DNA of 64,000 bases from an uncultured Candidatus Saccharibacteria bacterium (GTDB lineage: Bacteria; Patescibacteriota; Saccharimonadia; Saccharimonadales; 2-12-FULL-41-12). Position 1 is the stretch's first letter. Each line of letters begins with the position of its first letter. Positions 16,876 to 26,849 of this stretch are shown here, piece by piece. The position numbers and the translations under genes are program-made. The notes beneath the pieces are model-generated. The model was not told the origin of the DNA and searched no databases. It saw only the letters and a list, made by a program, of their open reading frames with translations. The DNA is taken from the NCBI GenBank assembly GCA_964521095.1, contig CAZFPJ010000002.1:21108-85107 (forward strand), given 5' to 3'.

Positions 16876-18043
16876 TTTTATTTTAGAAAACTCAAATTAT
16901 ATAAGACCTTTCGGTAAAAGTGCCATCGAGGAGAAGTTTGGTTTGTGTGATGCATGTGGTGGGTTTGGGCCTTATAGATTCAGTGAAATTATAAATACCA
17001 CTCTAGCTAGACAATGGAGACTAGACAAAAAACAAAAAGAAGCCATGAGTGCAAGGGAGTCAATGTTTTGTAGTTTTTGTGAATCTTCGTATCGTTTACG
17101 TTTGCTCTCAAGAGCTATAAAAATTGTATTAAATTTAGACACCAGCAAGGGGCTGCAACAATATATTAAATCTAAAGAATTAGACAGACTTAAAATAGCA
17201 GAGATCAACTCTTGCGGTGTGCTCCACGAAATACTAAAAGAAGTAAAAGGCCTATCTTATAGCGAATTTGAGTCAAAGAATAAAAAAGTCCCACATCAAG
17301 ATATACAAGACCTAACATATGATGATAACGTCTTTGACCTTATTTTTACATCAGATACATTAGAGCATGTTCCAGACCCCCAAAAGGCCCTGGATGAAAC
17401 ATATAGGGTGCTAAAGCCTGGTGGAGCACACATAATGACCCTCCCAATAATAATCAGTAGAAAATCTATTAGGCGTACTTACTCTAGCAAAACTGACAAA
17501 AAGATATACGATAAAGACCAGTCGTTTCATGGCTCTGGCGAGCCTGACTACCTAGTCTGGAATGAGTTTGGCTATGACTTCATTGACCTTGTAAAGCAAT
17601 CAGGATTTTCTGCTAATTATTATTTTGTGAATCCAGAAGACCTAGATAGCCACACGGGGGTAGTAGTTGCTATTAAAGAACTTTCGGGGCAAAAAGGTCG
17701 AAAAAATAAGACTGAAAGATATGTTGAAGTCAGCAAGGGCCACGAGAACACCGTGGCAGAAAAGCTAAAAACCGAGCCTTATAATATGTATAAATACAGC
17801 CCTTGTAAATATGCGCCAGAGACAATACAAAATCTTTCGTACCAAGCAGGTAAAATAGAGTTATTGAGAAAAAAAATTATATTAACTGAGAATCATGCAA
17901 AGGCGCTAGATGATATTGCTGAAGACAGGTTGAAGTATATCCGTAAACTTGAAAAAGATATAAAGATTCTTCAAGAAGGTCTGTTTCTAAGAAGTCGACG
18001 TAGAATCCATAAGATAACCAGTAAAGTAACCTCAAAACGTTGA
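16853..18043 (+). CDS. Class I SAM-dependent methyltransferase with N-terminal CxxC..CxxC and C-terminal coiled-coil/basic tail
   Basis: The motif VFDLIFTSDTLEHVPDPQKALDETYRVLKPGGAHIM is methyltransferase-11-like. Cys pairs are CDAC..CSFC. The C-terminal heptad-like sequence is LRKKIILTENHAKALDDIAEDRLKYIRKLEKDIKILQEG, followed by a basic tail. It overlaps wzt by 23 nt. Confidence 0.75.
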   Translation: MSMSPKPNFILENSNYIRPFGKSAIEEKFGLCDACGGFGPYRFSEIINTTLARQWRLDKKQKEAMSARESMFCSFCESSYRLRLLSRAIKIVLNLDTSKGLQQYIKSKELDRLKIAEINSCGVLHEILKEVKGLSYSEFESKNKKVPHQDIQDLTYDDNVFDLIFTSDTLEHVPDPQKALDETYRVLKPGGAHIMTLPIIISRKSIRRTYSSKTDKKIYDKDQSFHGSGEPDYLVWNEFGYDFIDLVKQSGFSANYYFVNPEDLDSHTGVVVAIKELSGQKGRKNKTERYVEVSKGHENTVAEKLKTEPYNMYKYSPCKYAPETIQNLSYQAGKIELLRKKIILTENHAKALDDIAEDRLKYIRKLEKDIKILQEGLFLRSRRRIHKITSKVTSKR

Positions 18044-18053
18044 AAAAAATAAA

Positions 18054-19379
18054 TTAAGCCACACTCTTAACAACTTCAGAGAGTGTATCACTCCAATTAC
18101 TGCCAATTTTTGATCTTTGAGCATTTATAATACGTGTAGATTTATCTAGTTTTGAAGCCTCAACAATCGCTTTCTTAAAGTCTTCTTTATTCAGTTCTGA
18201 GACAAAAATATTATTAGAATAATTAGAAAGATTTATTTTGGTCTCCCATGCAGTAGTGACTACTGCAGCACCTGCAGATGCGAACTCCAAAGTTGGATAG
18301 TTTGGGTGAGGGGCCATCATCGGAGATATCGCTAGGTCTGTTCCTTGGACAAGTTTATAGTACTCATCTATATTCATTTTTCCTAAATTCTTTATCCTAA
18401 CACCAGAAGGCAATATCACATCAGACAGACTATCTTGTCCTGCCATACAAACTTCCCACTCAGAGGCCAAAAGCTTTTCCTCGGAAAAGAGTTCATTTAG
18501 GCTATCAAGAGCAAAAAAGAAAAGATTTCTTGCAACAGAAGGCCTGCCATAAATAAAAAGCCTTTTTTTGGTATTTTGGCCAACTTCTTTCTCGGAAGTC
18601 AACGGTTTAACGCCAACAGCAGGCTCAAACCATATACCGTTTTCTTTAATGTGCTCGTATCCTTTTTCTGACATGAATTTATACATTAACTCAGTATTGC
18701 AAACAGGTATGAACGAGCGATTTTTGTAGGTTTGTTCAGCAAGGATATATTTGTCACTATTATTGTAAAAAATAGGTTCAAAATCTTGAATAAGGTAGAT
18801 ATATTTTGAAGGAAGAGGCAGTTGATTTAATAAGTGAGCATCCCACCAAGCAGAAGCTATGTAAAGATCTTCTGGGTGGATGTCTAGGTAGCCATAATGA
18901 TTGTACTTGCGGGGGGATAAATCAATTAGGATTATATTCTCATCATCAATCTCTATAGCGTTAGCTTTGAAGAATTCGGAAAGTTGTCGAGGACTTGCTC
19001 CTCCATGTTGTAGCGTTTCAACAATACGAATTTTTTTACCTTGTTCTTTAGAGATAAGCCCCGCAAGAATAAGCGCGGTTGCCGTACCTCCAAAAAATGA
19101 ACTTTTTTGTAAAGAAGGTACCAGTATCGTGACGTATCCCTTTCTATTTACAAGAGGCAAGGAAGGATGTATGGGGGTAATCTCTGGCATATCCTTTGAG
19201 TGTAGTTTTTCAAATAAGACGCTTTTGTATAGCCTTACTGTCGGATCAGTACCATGGATAATTCGATCTGCTTTTTGTTCAACACGGCCAGAGAACCGAG
19301 CCGCCTTACTGGTGGTTCGTCTGGCTAAATTTGCCGTCTTGCGCAGACCTCTAAAGGCTAAAACTTTTTTGTCCTTCAT
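18054..19379 (-). CDS. Putative GT-B glycosyltransferase, WsaF/RgpF-like rhamnosyltransferase class
   Basis: 441 aa. VTILVPSLQKSSFFGGTATALILAG resembles the WsaF-type N-terminal motif as I recall it. It lies in a rhamnose locus. The assignment is tentative. Confidence 0.5.
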   Translation of the reverse strand: MKDKKVLAFRGLRKTANLARRTTSKAARFSGRVEQKADRIIHGTDPTVRLYKSVLFEKLHSKDMPEITPIHPSLPLVNRKGYVTILVPSLQKSSFFGGTATALILAGLISKEQGKKIRIVETLQHGGASPRQLSEFFKANAIEIDDENIILIDLSPRKYNHYGYLDIHPEDLYIASAWWDAHLLNQLPLPSKYIYLIQDFEPIFYNNSDKYILAEQTYKNRSFIPVCNTELMYKFMSEKGYEHIKENGIWFEPAVGVKPLTSEKEVGQNTKKRLFIYGRPSVARNLFFFALDSLNELFSEEKLLASEWEVCMAGQDSLSDVILPSGVRIKNLGKMNIDEYYKLVQGTDLAISPMMAPHPNYPTLEFASAGAAVVTTAWETKINLSNYSNNIFVSELNKEDFKKAIVEASKLDKSTRIINAQRSKIGSNWSDTLSEVVKSVA

Positions 19380-20209
19380 TTCATAACCTCAGTTATTTTA
19401 GGCAGGAAAGGATCCCCGATTTCTAAGTCATATCCTTTCATATAAGAAATATATGAAAGATAAAAATCTATATAAGGGATAGGCTTATATGCCCTGGATT
19501 GGCTTTCTTTATGTATGACATAACCTCCTGATTCGTACCAAGTTTGATAGCCAACCTGGTTAAGTCTTAAGCACAGGTCAACATCACCTCCACAAATAAT
19601 GAAGTTCTCATCATAGCCTTTTACGGTATCAAATTTCTCTCTTTCAATAAGCTGCAGAGCACCTGTGCATGCCGTAACTGCTCTAGGCTTGCCTATGTCG
19701 TAGGGGAATTCTTTGCTTCCAGCATCTCTTAAGGCTTTCCTGTAAGACTTTCCTACATACAGATGGTCTCCTTGCAAGCCAGGCCTTAGATAAACGCCTG
19801 CATGTTGGATTGTTTTTTCGTCGCCATACAGCAAGAGGCACCCTACGATACCTGTTTTCGGATTTTGTGCACGTTTGTAGAGCTTTTCGATCAACCCAGC
19901 TGATGCTGGGGTAAACTCAGTATCATTGTTTAAGAAAAGAATAAATTTTCCAGAACTCTGCGAAACACCCCAATTGTTAATTTTTTGATAGTTAAAAGGG
20001 TAGTTATATTCAGCTACTTTTATGTTCTTAGAATTTTGAAACTTATCTTTTAAATAATCAATTTCACCCTGTTGCGAGTTATTGCTCACGAGGAGGATTT
20101 CTTTTATGTCAGGATTAAACTGCAAAAGTGTTTCCACGCACTTTGCAGTCATTTTTGACTTATCTTTAAAGGGGATAATAATTGAAAGATCCATTTTACT
20201 CATTGTCAC
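19376..20209 (-). CDS. Glycosyltransferase family 2
   Basis: LSIIIPFKDKSKMT..LLVSNNS, FLNNDTEF (DxD-like), and GGDVDLCLRL. It has a 4-nt overlap with the downstream gene. Confidence 0.8.
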   Translation of the reverse strand: MTMSKMDLSIIIPFKDKSKMTAKCVETLLQFNPDIKEILLVSNNSQQGEIDYLKDKFQNSKNIKVAEYNYPFNYQKINNWGVSQSSGKFILFLNNDTEFTPASAGLIEKLYKRAQNPKTGIVGCLLLYGDEKTIQHAGVYLRPGLQGDHLYVGKSYRKALRDAGSKEFPYDIGKPRAVTACTGALQLIEREKFDTVKGYDENFIICGGDVDLCLRLNQVGYQTWYESGGYVIHKESQSRAYKPIPYIDFYLSYISYMKGYDLEIGDPFLPKITEVMK

Positions 20210-20258
20210 ATAATAACATTATTTAAGGTGTTTTTAGATGGTCTTAACAAGAGTCTTC

Positions 20259-22619
20259 CTAATAGGTTGCTCCAGTTTCTATGTTCTGTAGTACATTGTC
20301 AGGCATTGCGTATGTATTTGTCGCATTGCCGCCTAGATAAATATATTGAGACCAACTACTGATAGGTCTCTTTTTCCCATTCTCACCCTTATATATAGTT
20401 CCATTTCTCGCCCATGAAAATGTGGGCTTAGTACTTTTAGATATAACTCTCGAGAGAACGTGATTGCCTAGATTTATCGCAGGATAGCTTTGAAGACCCC
20501 ATTGATTTAGGTCGTCAGTGGTGAGAAGAATTTTCTCGCCAGAGTCATTCAAGAGATACTTAACGCCATTTTCATTAACAGCGATGTTGGTCAGAGGACT
20601 GATGCTTACAAAAGCAGTACTTATGTATGAATCCGAAACACTCACCACTCTGGAGGTATCAAAACCAAAATTAAATAAATCAGTGTATTTATTTAGAGAA
20701 TATAATTTATTATTGAGACCAACAGCGTATATTGCTGGGCCAGAAGGTGCCTTGATTAAGGTGCCTTGGCCAAATAGAGTATCTCCATTCTCAAAGATCT
20801 GGATAGATTCATTATCAAGACCAATAACCTGTGATATGGAGTATCCTGACGCAAAGAAATCATTCATACTGTATACGGCTCTTTTTCTGCCATTATCAAG
20901 AGTATATATAGCACCAGTAGGAGCCCACAATTTAGTCGAGTTTATGATTTGAGAGGGCTGGAGTTGATCGTACAGAGGCTTAAGGACCCCAACGCTCGGT
21001 ATTTGCCCTAAAGGCAGGCCAAGGTTAGAAATATTTAATCTGCGATTTCCATCAATTAAGTAAGGTATATTATCGCTTAATACCACTTTGGGAATTGTGC
21101 CAGCAACAGCTGGAGGGGTAGTGTTATATGAAGAAAAGGAATCGCCATATATTGGATAGCTTGGATTAAACCACGATCTATATGTGTCAAAGCTAGGAAT
21201 GGAATAAAAGTTACCGTCAGTAAACAGATAAAAGGCAGGGGAGCTACTGAATTTTATTAAGCTATAATTTTGGGGGAGAGATACGCCGAATGGCTGTGAG
21301 TAATTTACGCTATTCTCAATAGGGGTGATATTGCCCCAGCCATAGCCTCTTTCAAAAAGTGCTTGTGGCGAAAGGAAGGCCTCTTTGCTGCCAGCGTTTA
21401 GACGAAAGACTGTTCCTCCTGAATTCATAAGGGGCATCAATACACCACCATCAGGTATCGTATTCATTATTTGAGCAGCTATGCTTTTTTGAAGCACAAG
21501 ATCTCCGCAAGGTAGGCCCCAGTTGGAGCAATAAGTATTACTTGGAATTCCATATTTTTTACCTCCATCAACTAAATACGTAGTAGGATTTCCCGGGGTC
21601 GTAATTAAAGTAGTAAGGATTCCTCCGTCTTGCAGGCCAGCTAAATATGCATCAGATACAGGGGTAACAAAATTATTCTGCAACCCATATGCTCTTATGA
21701 GCTCCGCACTTGGGATTGCAAAACGCACACCCTCTACAACCAGGTAGACAGTTGTTCCGCTCCCTTTCTGTAAATAGCTGCTTTGTGTGCTGCCAAACCA
21801 GTCGTTAAATAACCTCCAGAAGTTACGGTTGCCGTATGCCCCGCACCCATCGCCGCTACCGTACAGATTATTTAAAGCAGAAGCATTAGGTTGGTAGGGA
21901 GTGTAGTTGTACAACCCGGCAGTTGCTTGGTTTTGTATATAAACATTGGCTCCTCCGCAGCCCGCATTTGGGTTGTATTGGATATAGTTGTTGCGGTAGG
22001 CTCGATAGCTGAATAAATTAGCATCTCTGCTGTAGCGCTTAAACTGGCGAGCCGCGTTATAAACTTGGTTAAAGAACCCATAGTATTCTGCGTCGCAAGG
22101 GGCTGTGTCTGGGCAGCCGTAACCAGTAGCGCTACGATATTGGATACCCCAAGGCCAGTCGTCAGTTACAAGAGACTGCTCTTTTTCTAGTAAAATTAAT
22201 AAGGTTTTTTGGCTTATACCACACGCCTGCCCAACATCATAAATAATCTGGGCAGCAGATTTAACTCCTCCATTGTATTGATTGCATAGGCCCGGTTCCG
22301 CACCCTTGGTGGGTGTATCTTGGCTATAGTTCCTTAGGCATGTGTAGGGTGCTGGGTATCCACGAGATGCCCCGTAGGCTGCCCTAGTCGTGCCGCCATA
22401 AGGCTGTGTGCCGTTGGTGTCGCAGTTTGGTACCTTTGCATTTAGAAATGTTTGAATACTGTTTGGCGCCATTGCCCCGCCATTAAAGAAAACACTATCA
22501 TCTATTATCCTGCCCGCCTGGAATTCGCCACCAGACAGAGCAGATATTTTAGCTGGAGCAATAGCAGTAATGGTGTTAAAAAAACCAACTAGAATTAGTG
22601 CCAAAAAAAACTTGCGCAT
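20259..22619 (-). CDS. Secreted 786-aa protein: Cys-rich N-terminal domain plus about 9 repeated modules (unknown function)
   Basis: Signal peptide MRKFFLALILVGFFNTITAIAPA. The conserved N-domain includes IIDDSVFFNGGAMAPNSIQTFLNAKVPNC...LLILLEKEQSLVTDDWP...GYGCPDTAPCD. The recurring motif is x-Y-L-[VI]-D-G-x-[KR]-[KR]-x-I-x-S. Confidence 0.7.
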   Translation of the reverse strand: MRKFFLALILVGFFNTITAIAPAKISALSGGEFQAGRIIDDSVFFNGGAMAPNSIQTFLNAKVPNCDTNGTQPYGGTTRAAYGASRGYPAPYTCLRNYSQDTPTKGAEPGLCNQYNGGVKSAAQIIYDVGQACGISQKTLLILLEKEQSLVTDDWPWGIQYRSATGYGCPDTAPCDAEYYGFFNQVYNAARQFKRYSRDANLFSYRAYRNNYIQYNPNAGCGGANVYIQNQATAGLYNYTPYQPNASALNNLYGSGDGCGAYGNRNFWRLFNDWFGSTQSSYLQKGSGTTVYLVVEGVRFAIPSAELIRAYGLQNNFVTPVSDAYLAGLQDGGILTTLITTPGNPTTYLVDGGKKYGIPSNTYCSNWGLPCGDLVLQKSIAAQIMNTIPDGGVLMPLMNSGGTVFRLNAGSKEAFLSPQALFERGYGWGNITPIENSVNYSQPFGVSLPQNYSLIKFSSSPAFYLFTDGNFYSIPSFDTYRSWFNPSYPIYGDSFSSYNTTPPAVAGTIPKVVLSDNIPYLIDGNRRLNISNLGLPLGQIPSVGVLKPLYDQLQPSQIINSTKLWAPTGAIYTLDNGRKRAVYSMNDFFASGYSISQVIGLDNESIQIFENGDTLFGQGTLIKAPSGPAIYAVGLNNKLYSLNKYTDLFNFGFDTSRVVSVSDSYISTAFVSISPLTNIAVNENGVKYLLNDSGEKILLTTDDLNQWGLQSYPAINLGNHVLSRVISKSTKPTFSWARNGTIYKGENGKKRPISSWSQYIYLGGNATNTYAMPDNVLQNIETGATY

Positions 22620-22623
22620 AATC

Positions 22624-23178
22624 TTATTTTACCTCTATTTGCTTAGGGGCAGAAGAGCCAGAGGAGGTATTTGAGGAATAGCTGACAACAACACTCCACG
22701 CACCCTTAGTGCTAAAGGCTGATGTAGGTATTATCATGGTAGGGCAATTTACGGAGCTAACATTTTTAACTCCTGTTGTAGTTTTGCTAAACGAGGCTCC
22801 AACTTTGCTAAAAGTAGCGGTACATGTGCCGCCATCTTCAAAAACACCACCAACATACGCGCCAACTTCTATGTTTGCTCCATATTGTTCTGCGTAGGTT
22901 ATGGCTGGTGCGACAGCTTGTTTGCCGGCAGAAGAGTTTCGCTGTCCTTGTTTCTTTAGTTGTTCATCTTTCTCTATTATGCGTTGTTTATTATCGTCTG
23001 CCCGCTTCTTGTCTTCTTTTGTTGCTGGCTGTAAGTTAACCTCACCTGACTCGTTGTCTGTTTTGGGTGGATTTGCTTTATGATTTTTGAAATAATAACC
23101 GACTCCACCGATGATAATCACAAATGAAACTACAAGGATAGTAGCTATTTTTTTTGATGAGATTTTAATCTTTTTCAT
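22624..23178 (-). CDS. N-terminally anchored exported protein (unknown function)
   Basis: One TM helix (IATILVVSFVIIIGGVGYYF), a charged linker and a beta-rich C-domain with 2 Cys. It lies upstream of the 786-aa gene, 5 nt from it. Confidence 0.55.
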   Translation of the reverse strand: MKKIKISSKKIATILVVSFVIIIGGVGYYFKNHKANPPKTDNESGEVNLQPATKEDKKRADDNKQRIIEKDEQLKKQGQRNSSAGKQAVAPAITYAEQYGANIEVGAYVGGVFEDGGTCTATFSKVGASFSKTTTGVKNVSSVNCPTMIIPTSAFSTKGAWSVVVSYSSNTSSGSSAPKQIEVK

Positions 23179-23295
23179 TATTCTTTACTAATAATAATGA
23201 AAAAGGATCATTTTGTCCATCGTCCAACCCCTTGAGGCATCAGTTGACTTAATATAACTGGTTATAGCATCAGGTTTTAGTTATACTGCTTAGTA

Positions 23296-24750
23296 ATGAA
23301 GAGTATTTTTTGGATCAACACCCAAAAACTCAAAAAACTTTGGTTAAAGCCAGAAGTTTTTTTTGTTTCGACGAGTCTTCTTTTTGGGGTTATTTTTATT
23401 ACTCTGAATCCGCCTTTTTTTGGGTTAGACGAGAGGGCTCATTTTATGCGAGCTTATCAGGTTGCACATGGCGGAATGTTTGAAGGCAGAGTAGACGGTA
23501 GCCTCGGAGCATATTTGCCAGACAATCTCACAAAGCTTGTGAACTATACTACCGCTGATATTCTTGAGGGCGATAATAATGTGCCGCTTGCGAAACGTAA
23601 AGATGCTAACACTGAAGTATATGGGGCTTACCTCCATCAACAATATTCCGATAAAAAAGTAAGTGATTATGTAAGTAATTTTCAGCTTTCCGGAACCTAT
23701 ACTTATCCACCCCTGGGATATTTTCATTTAGCTATTTTTGAGAGACTCGGAGAGATGGCAGGTTTTTCTATTATTAACATAATCTATTTAACCAGATTTG
23801 CTAATCTATTACTCTATACGGGCTGTTTGTATTTGATTATAAGATGCCTAAAATACCAGAAGTGGTTAATTGTGAGTATTGCGCTTTTACCTGTAGCAAT
23901 ATTCCAAGCTTCTTCTGTTACGATCGACTCAATCGTTAACGTTGCTTCGCTTGCGTTAATAGCACTTTTTATAAACTACAGACATCAGCCCGACCATAAA
24001 TCAAGAACAATCCCAGTAAAGCTGTTGGTGTTAGGGCTATTAAGCATACTAGCTCTAACGAAACCTCCATACATTGCACTATCATTACTGTTTTTAATGG
24101 TAGATCGTGGGCGCTTGGGGGGAGCAAGAGTGGGGCGTATATGGCAATCCATATGGATAATCATCCCTGCTATTCTGTGTTTAGTTTGGGCAAAAATTAA
24201 TTCAAATGTGGTAGAACAATTAGTCGTAGGATTGACCTCAGGAAACATGAAGGAACAGATATTCTTTCTAGAGCATCACCCACTTAGCTTTGTTTCAGTA
24301 ATTGCGAGGACCTCATTAGAGAATGCTGACCTGTATATTTCTACAATGACGGGGGCAATTGGGGATCGAACAACAGGTCTGCCTGTTGCAATAATGACGG
24401 TATTTACGTTAATTATAATCATGTTGAGTATGCTTATTACTTATCCAAAAAAAACCAGATTAAATTTTAAAACCAGAGAATCTTTTCTGATACTTTTTAT
24501 AGGCACCATCATCTATGTGGGGGTATCTTTAAGCCTATACCTACTATTTACTCCAGTTAAGAATCCATATATTCTTGGGGTTCAGGGAAGGTATTTCATC
24601 CCCCTCTTACCGTTGGCTGCTCTTGCTTGTATACGGTTTAACCCATTTAAATTGAGCATTAGAGAGAGTGCGGCAATAAAGATAATCTCAGTACTTTCTT
24701 TGATATTCTTATCTTTAACAGCGATTATTTACTACATGGCGAGCTATTAG
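23296..24750 (+). CDS. DUF2142-like polytopic membrane protein (GT-C-type glycosyltransferase candidate)
   Basis: 484 aa with 10 or more TM helices. The first loop contains the motif GLDERAHFMRAYQVAHG, typical of DUF2142/GT-C enzymes. Confidence 0.65.
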   Translation: MKSIFWINTQKLKKLWLKPEVFFVSTSLLFGVIFITLNPPFFGLDERAHFMRAYQVAHGGMFEGRVDGSLGAYLPDNLTKLVNYTTADILEGDNNVPLAKRKDANTEVYGAYLHQQYSDKKVSDYVSNFQLSGTYTYPPLGYFHLAIFERLGEMAGFSIINIIYLTRFANLLLYTGCLYLIIRCLKYQKWLIVSIALLPVAIFQASSVTIDSIVNVASLALIALFINYRHQPDHKSRTIPVKLLVLGLLSILALTKPPYIALSLLFLMVDRGRLGGARVGRIWQSIWIIIPAILCLVWAKINSNVVEQLVVGLTSGNMKEQIFFLEHHPLSFVSVIARTSLENADLYISTMTGAIGDRTTGLPVAIMTVFTLIIIMLSMLITYPKKTRLNFKTRESFLILFIGTIIYVGVSLSLYLLFTPVKNPYILGVQGRYFIPLLPLAALACIRFNPFKLSIRESAAIKIISVLSLIFLSLTAIIYYMASY

Positions 24751-24860
24751 ACAAAACTAGCTTCGCTAACTATAATAATTTTCAAAATTTACTATTAAAT
24801 GAACATACTGGGATTATGAATTTATGCTTGCTATAGTAAAAATAAGGGGAGCCAATAACT

Positions 24861-25964
24861 ATGATTACAATTGCAAAACCAGAAGTCGGCGATGAAGAGA
24901 TACGTGCTGTAAATGAGGTCTTAAAATCAGGTATGCTGGCCCAAGGTCCAAAGGTAGCAGAGCTTGAAAAAGCCTGGGCAGAGTATTGCGGAACAAAACA
25001 TGCGCTGGCAGTAAATAGTGGTACGGCCGCTATTCATGCAGCACTTTTTGCAGCAGGAGTGCAGCCTGGCGACGAAGTTATAACTACTCCATTTAGCTTT
25101 ATAGCTACTATCAACCCGATTATTATGTTAGGAGCAAAGCCAGTACTAGTGGATATTGATAAAGCAACCTTTAATATTGATGCAACCAAGATCGAGGCGG
25201 TGATTACAAAAAAAACCAAAGCTATCATGCCAGTTCATTTGTATGGTCAACCTGCTGACGTAAGTGCAATCAAAGATCTAGCCGAAAAACATGACCTTAA
25301 GATAATTGAAGATGCCTGCCAAGCAATAGGCTCTGAATATAGAGGAAAGAAAGCGGGTAACTTAGGTTCGCTGGGGTGTTTTTCTCTATATGCCACCAAA
25401 AATATTATGTGCGGTGAAGGGGGTATGATAACAACCAATGACGACGAGCAAGCAAAGTTAATTCGGCAGTTTAGACAACACGGAATGAGCGGTAGTTATC
25501 AATACGAACACCTAGGCTATAATTATCGTTTAACTGATTTGCAGGCTGCTATTGCAGTTGAGCAGCTCAAAAAAGTTGATAGATTTAATAAAGCTCGCCA
25601 AGAAAATGCTAGGTTTTTTAATGAAGAGCTTAAAGATGTGCGGGGAATTATCACGCCAAAAGTTCATGCAAACAGAACACATGTTTATCACCAGTACACA
25701 ATAATCATTGAAGATACGTGTAATGTAACTAGAGATGAATTAGCTAAAAACCTGAAGGATAAGGGAGTCATAGCGGGAGTTTACTATCCTCAGCCCTTGC
25801 ACCACATCGAACATATTGCCAAAAGGACAGGCTATAGAGTTGGGGATTTCCCAAATACAGAAGACCTAGCAAAAAGAGTCATTTCTTTGCCAGTTCACCC
25901 TGGGATTACGCCGGAAGATCGACAAAAAATTACTGAGATAATTAAGAATATGATCTGTAATTAA
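24861..25964 (+). CDS. DegT/DnrJ/EryC1/StrS-family PLP-dependent sugar aminotransferase
   Basis: 367 aa with AVNSGTAAIHAAL, DACQAIGSEY, and FSLYATKNIMCGEGGMITTND containing the PLP lysine. Confidence 0.9.
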   Translation: MITIAKPEVGDEEIRAVNEVLKSGMLAQGPKVAELEKAWAEYCGTKHALAVNSGTAAIHAALFAAGVQPGDEVITTPFSFIATINPIIMLGAKPVLVDIDKATFNIDATKIEAVITKKTKAIMPVHLYGQPADVSAIKDLAEKHDLKIIEDACQAIGSEYRGKKAGNLGSLGCFSLYATKNIMCGEGGMITTNDDEQAKLIRQFRQHGMSGSYQYEHLGYNYRLTDLQAAIAVEQLKKVDRFNKARQENARFFNEELKDVRGIITPKVHANRTHVYHQYTIIIEDTCNVTRDELAKNLKDKGVIAGVYYPQPLHHIEHIAKRTGYRVGDFPNTEDLAKRVISLPVHPGITPEDRQKITEIIKNMICN

Positions 25965-26013
25965 TACACTACGGTACGCTAAATAAGTGACTAGTATTTT
26001 GTTGTGGGTCGAG

Positions 26014-26721
26014 TTATTTTACTTTGTCTCGATAGAGCCAGTCACCCAGCCTCTTGATAGTGGTTTTGCCTGGAGTATACCCAAAAGCAGCCTCTAGAGA
26101 CCAATCATAAGGGAAGAACTGTGTATGAAGACTAAATGTGTATTTGTAGGGACGCTGTCTAGGTACAACAATAATAACTTCCTCTTTTGCTACACGTCTG
26201 ATTTCGGAAACGGCCTTCTCGAGATTTCTGACATGTTCTAACGTGTGGGTAGTAACCACCACATCGTATGAATTATCTTTGAAAGGCAAGCTCTCGATAT
26301 TTGCTTCGGTAAACTTTACATTTTTATATTTATCTTTTAATTCCTTAGACACAACAATATCGCAGGCTGTGACCTTATTCTTTTTAGCGAGTTTGTTGGC
26401 TAGGTAGCCTCTGCCACATCCTACTTCCAAAACCTTTTTATTATTTACTATCTTAAGTATCTCTTTTGTGCAGTCTTCATTGAGGTCGGTTTCTCCCTGT
26501 AGCTCCTGAACGTGCAGAGTCCTCTCGTAGAGCTTGCCGAATTCTTTATCAGACTTTTTAAACACCCAATCCTTAAAAGTCATAAAATCATGAGTTGCGT
26601 CTTTCATTAAAAGCTGCATCGGCAAATACATAAATAACTTGCTGTCACGAATGCGAGGGGGAACCCACTCATCTAATATATACTGTACTCCAATAGAAAA
26701 ATTTCTAGGAACTCTCATCAA
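26014..26721 (-). CDS. Class I SAM-dependent methyltransferase
   Basis: Motif I is VLEVGCGRGYLA, followed by DVVVTTHTLEHVRNLEKAVSEIRRVAK. Confidence 0.8.
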   Translation of the reverse strand: MMRVPRNFSIGVQYILDEWVPPRIRDSKLFMYLPMQLLMKDATHDFMTFKDWVFKKSDKEFGKLYERTLHVQELQGETDLNEDCTKEILKIVNNKKVLEVGCGRGYLANKLAKKNKVTACDIVVSKELKDKYKNVKFTEANIESLPFKDNSYDVVVTTHTLEHVRNLEKAVSEIRRVAKEEVIIVVPRQRPYKYTFSLHTQFFPYDWSLEAAFGYTPGKTTIKRLGDWLYRDKVK

Positions 26722-26849
26722 GGCCTTTCTTTTTATAGCTTCTTAAAATTTTAGCACACTCCATTGATAAATTTGATATAGTTAAGTAAGAGCATAGACG
26801 GTGTTTAAAGGCTGAAATACAAAACTTGTATTATCGCTAAGGAGGTATC

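Noticed and set aside
18901-19386. A 161-aa plus-strand ORF. A similar case is 20518..20952.
   Set aside because: They are antisense to long, motif-bearing glycosyltransferase and secreted-protein genes. They have no start signals and no recognisable domains.
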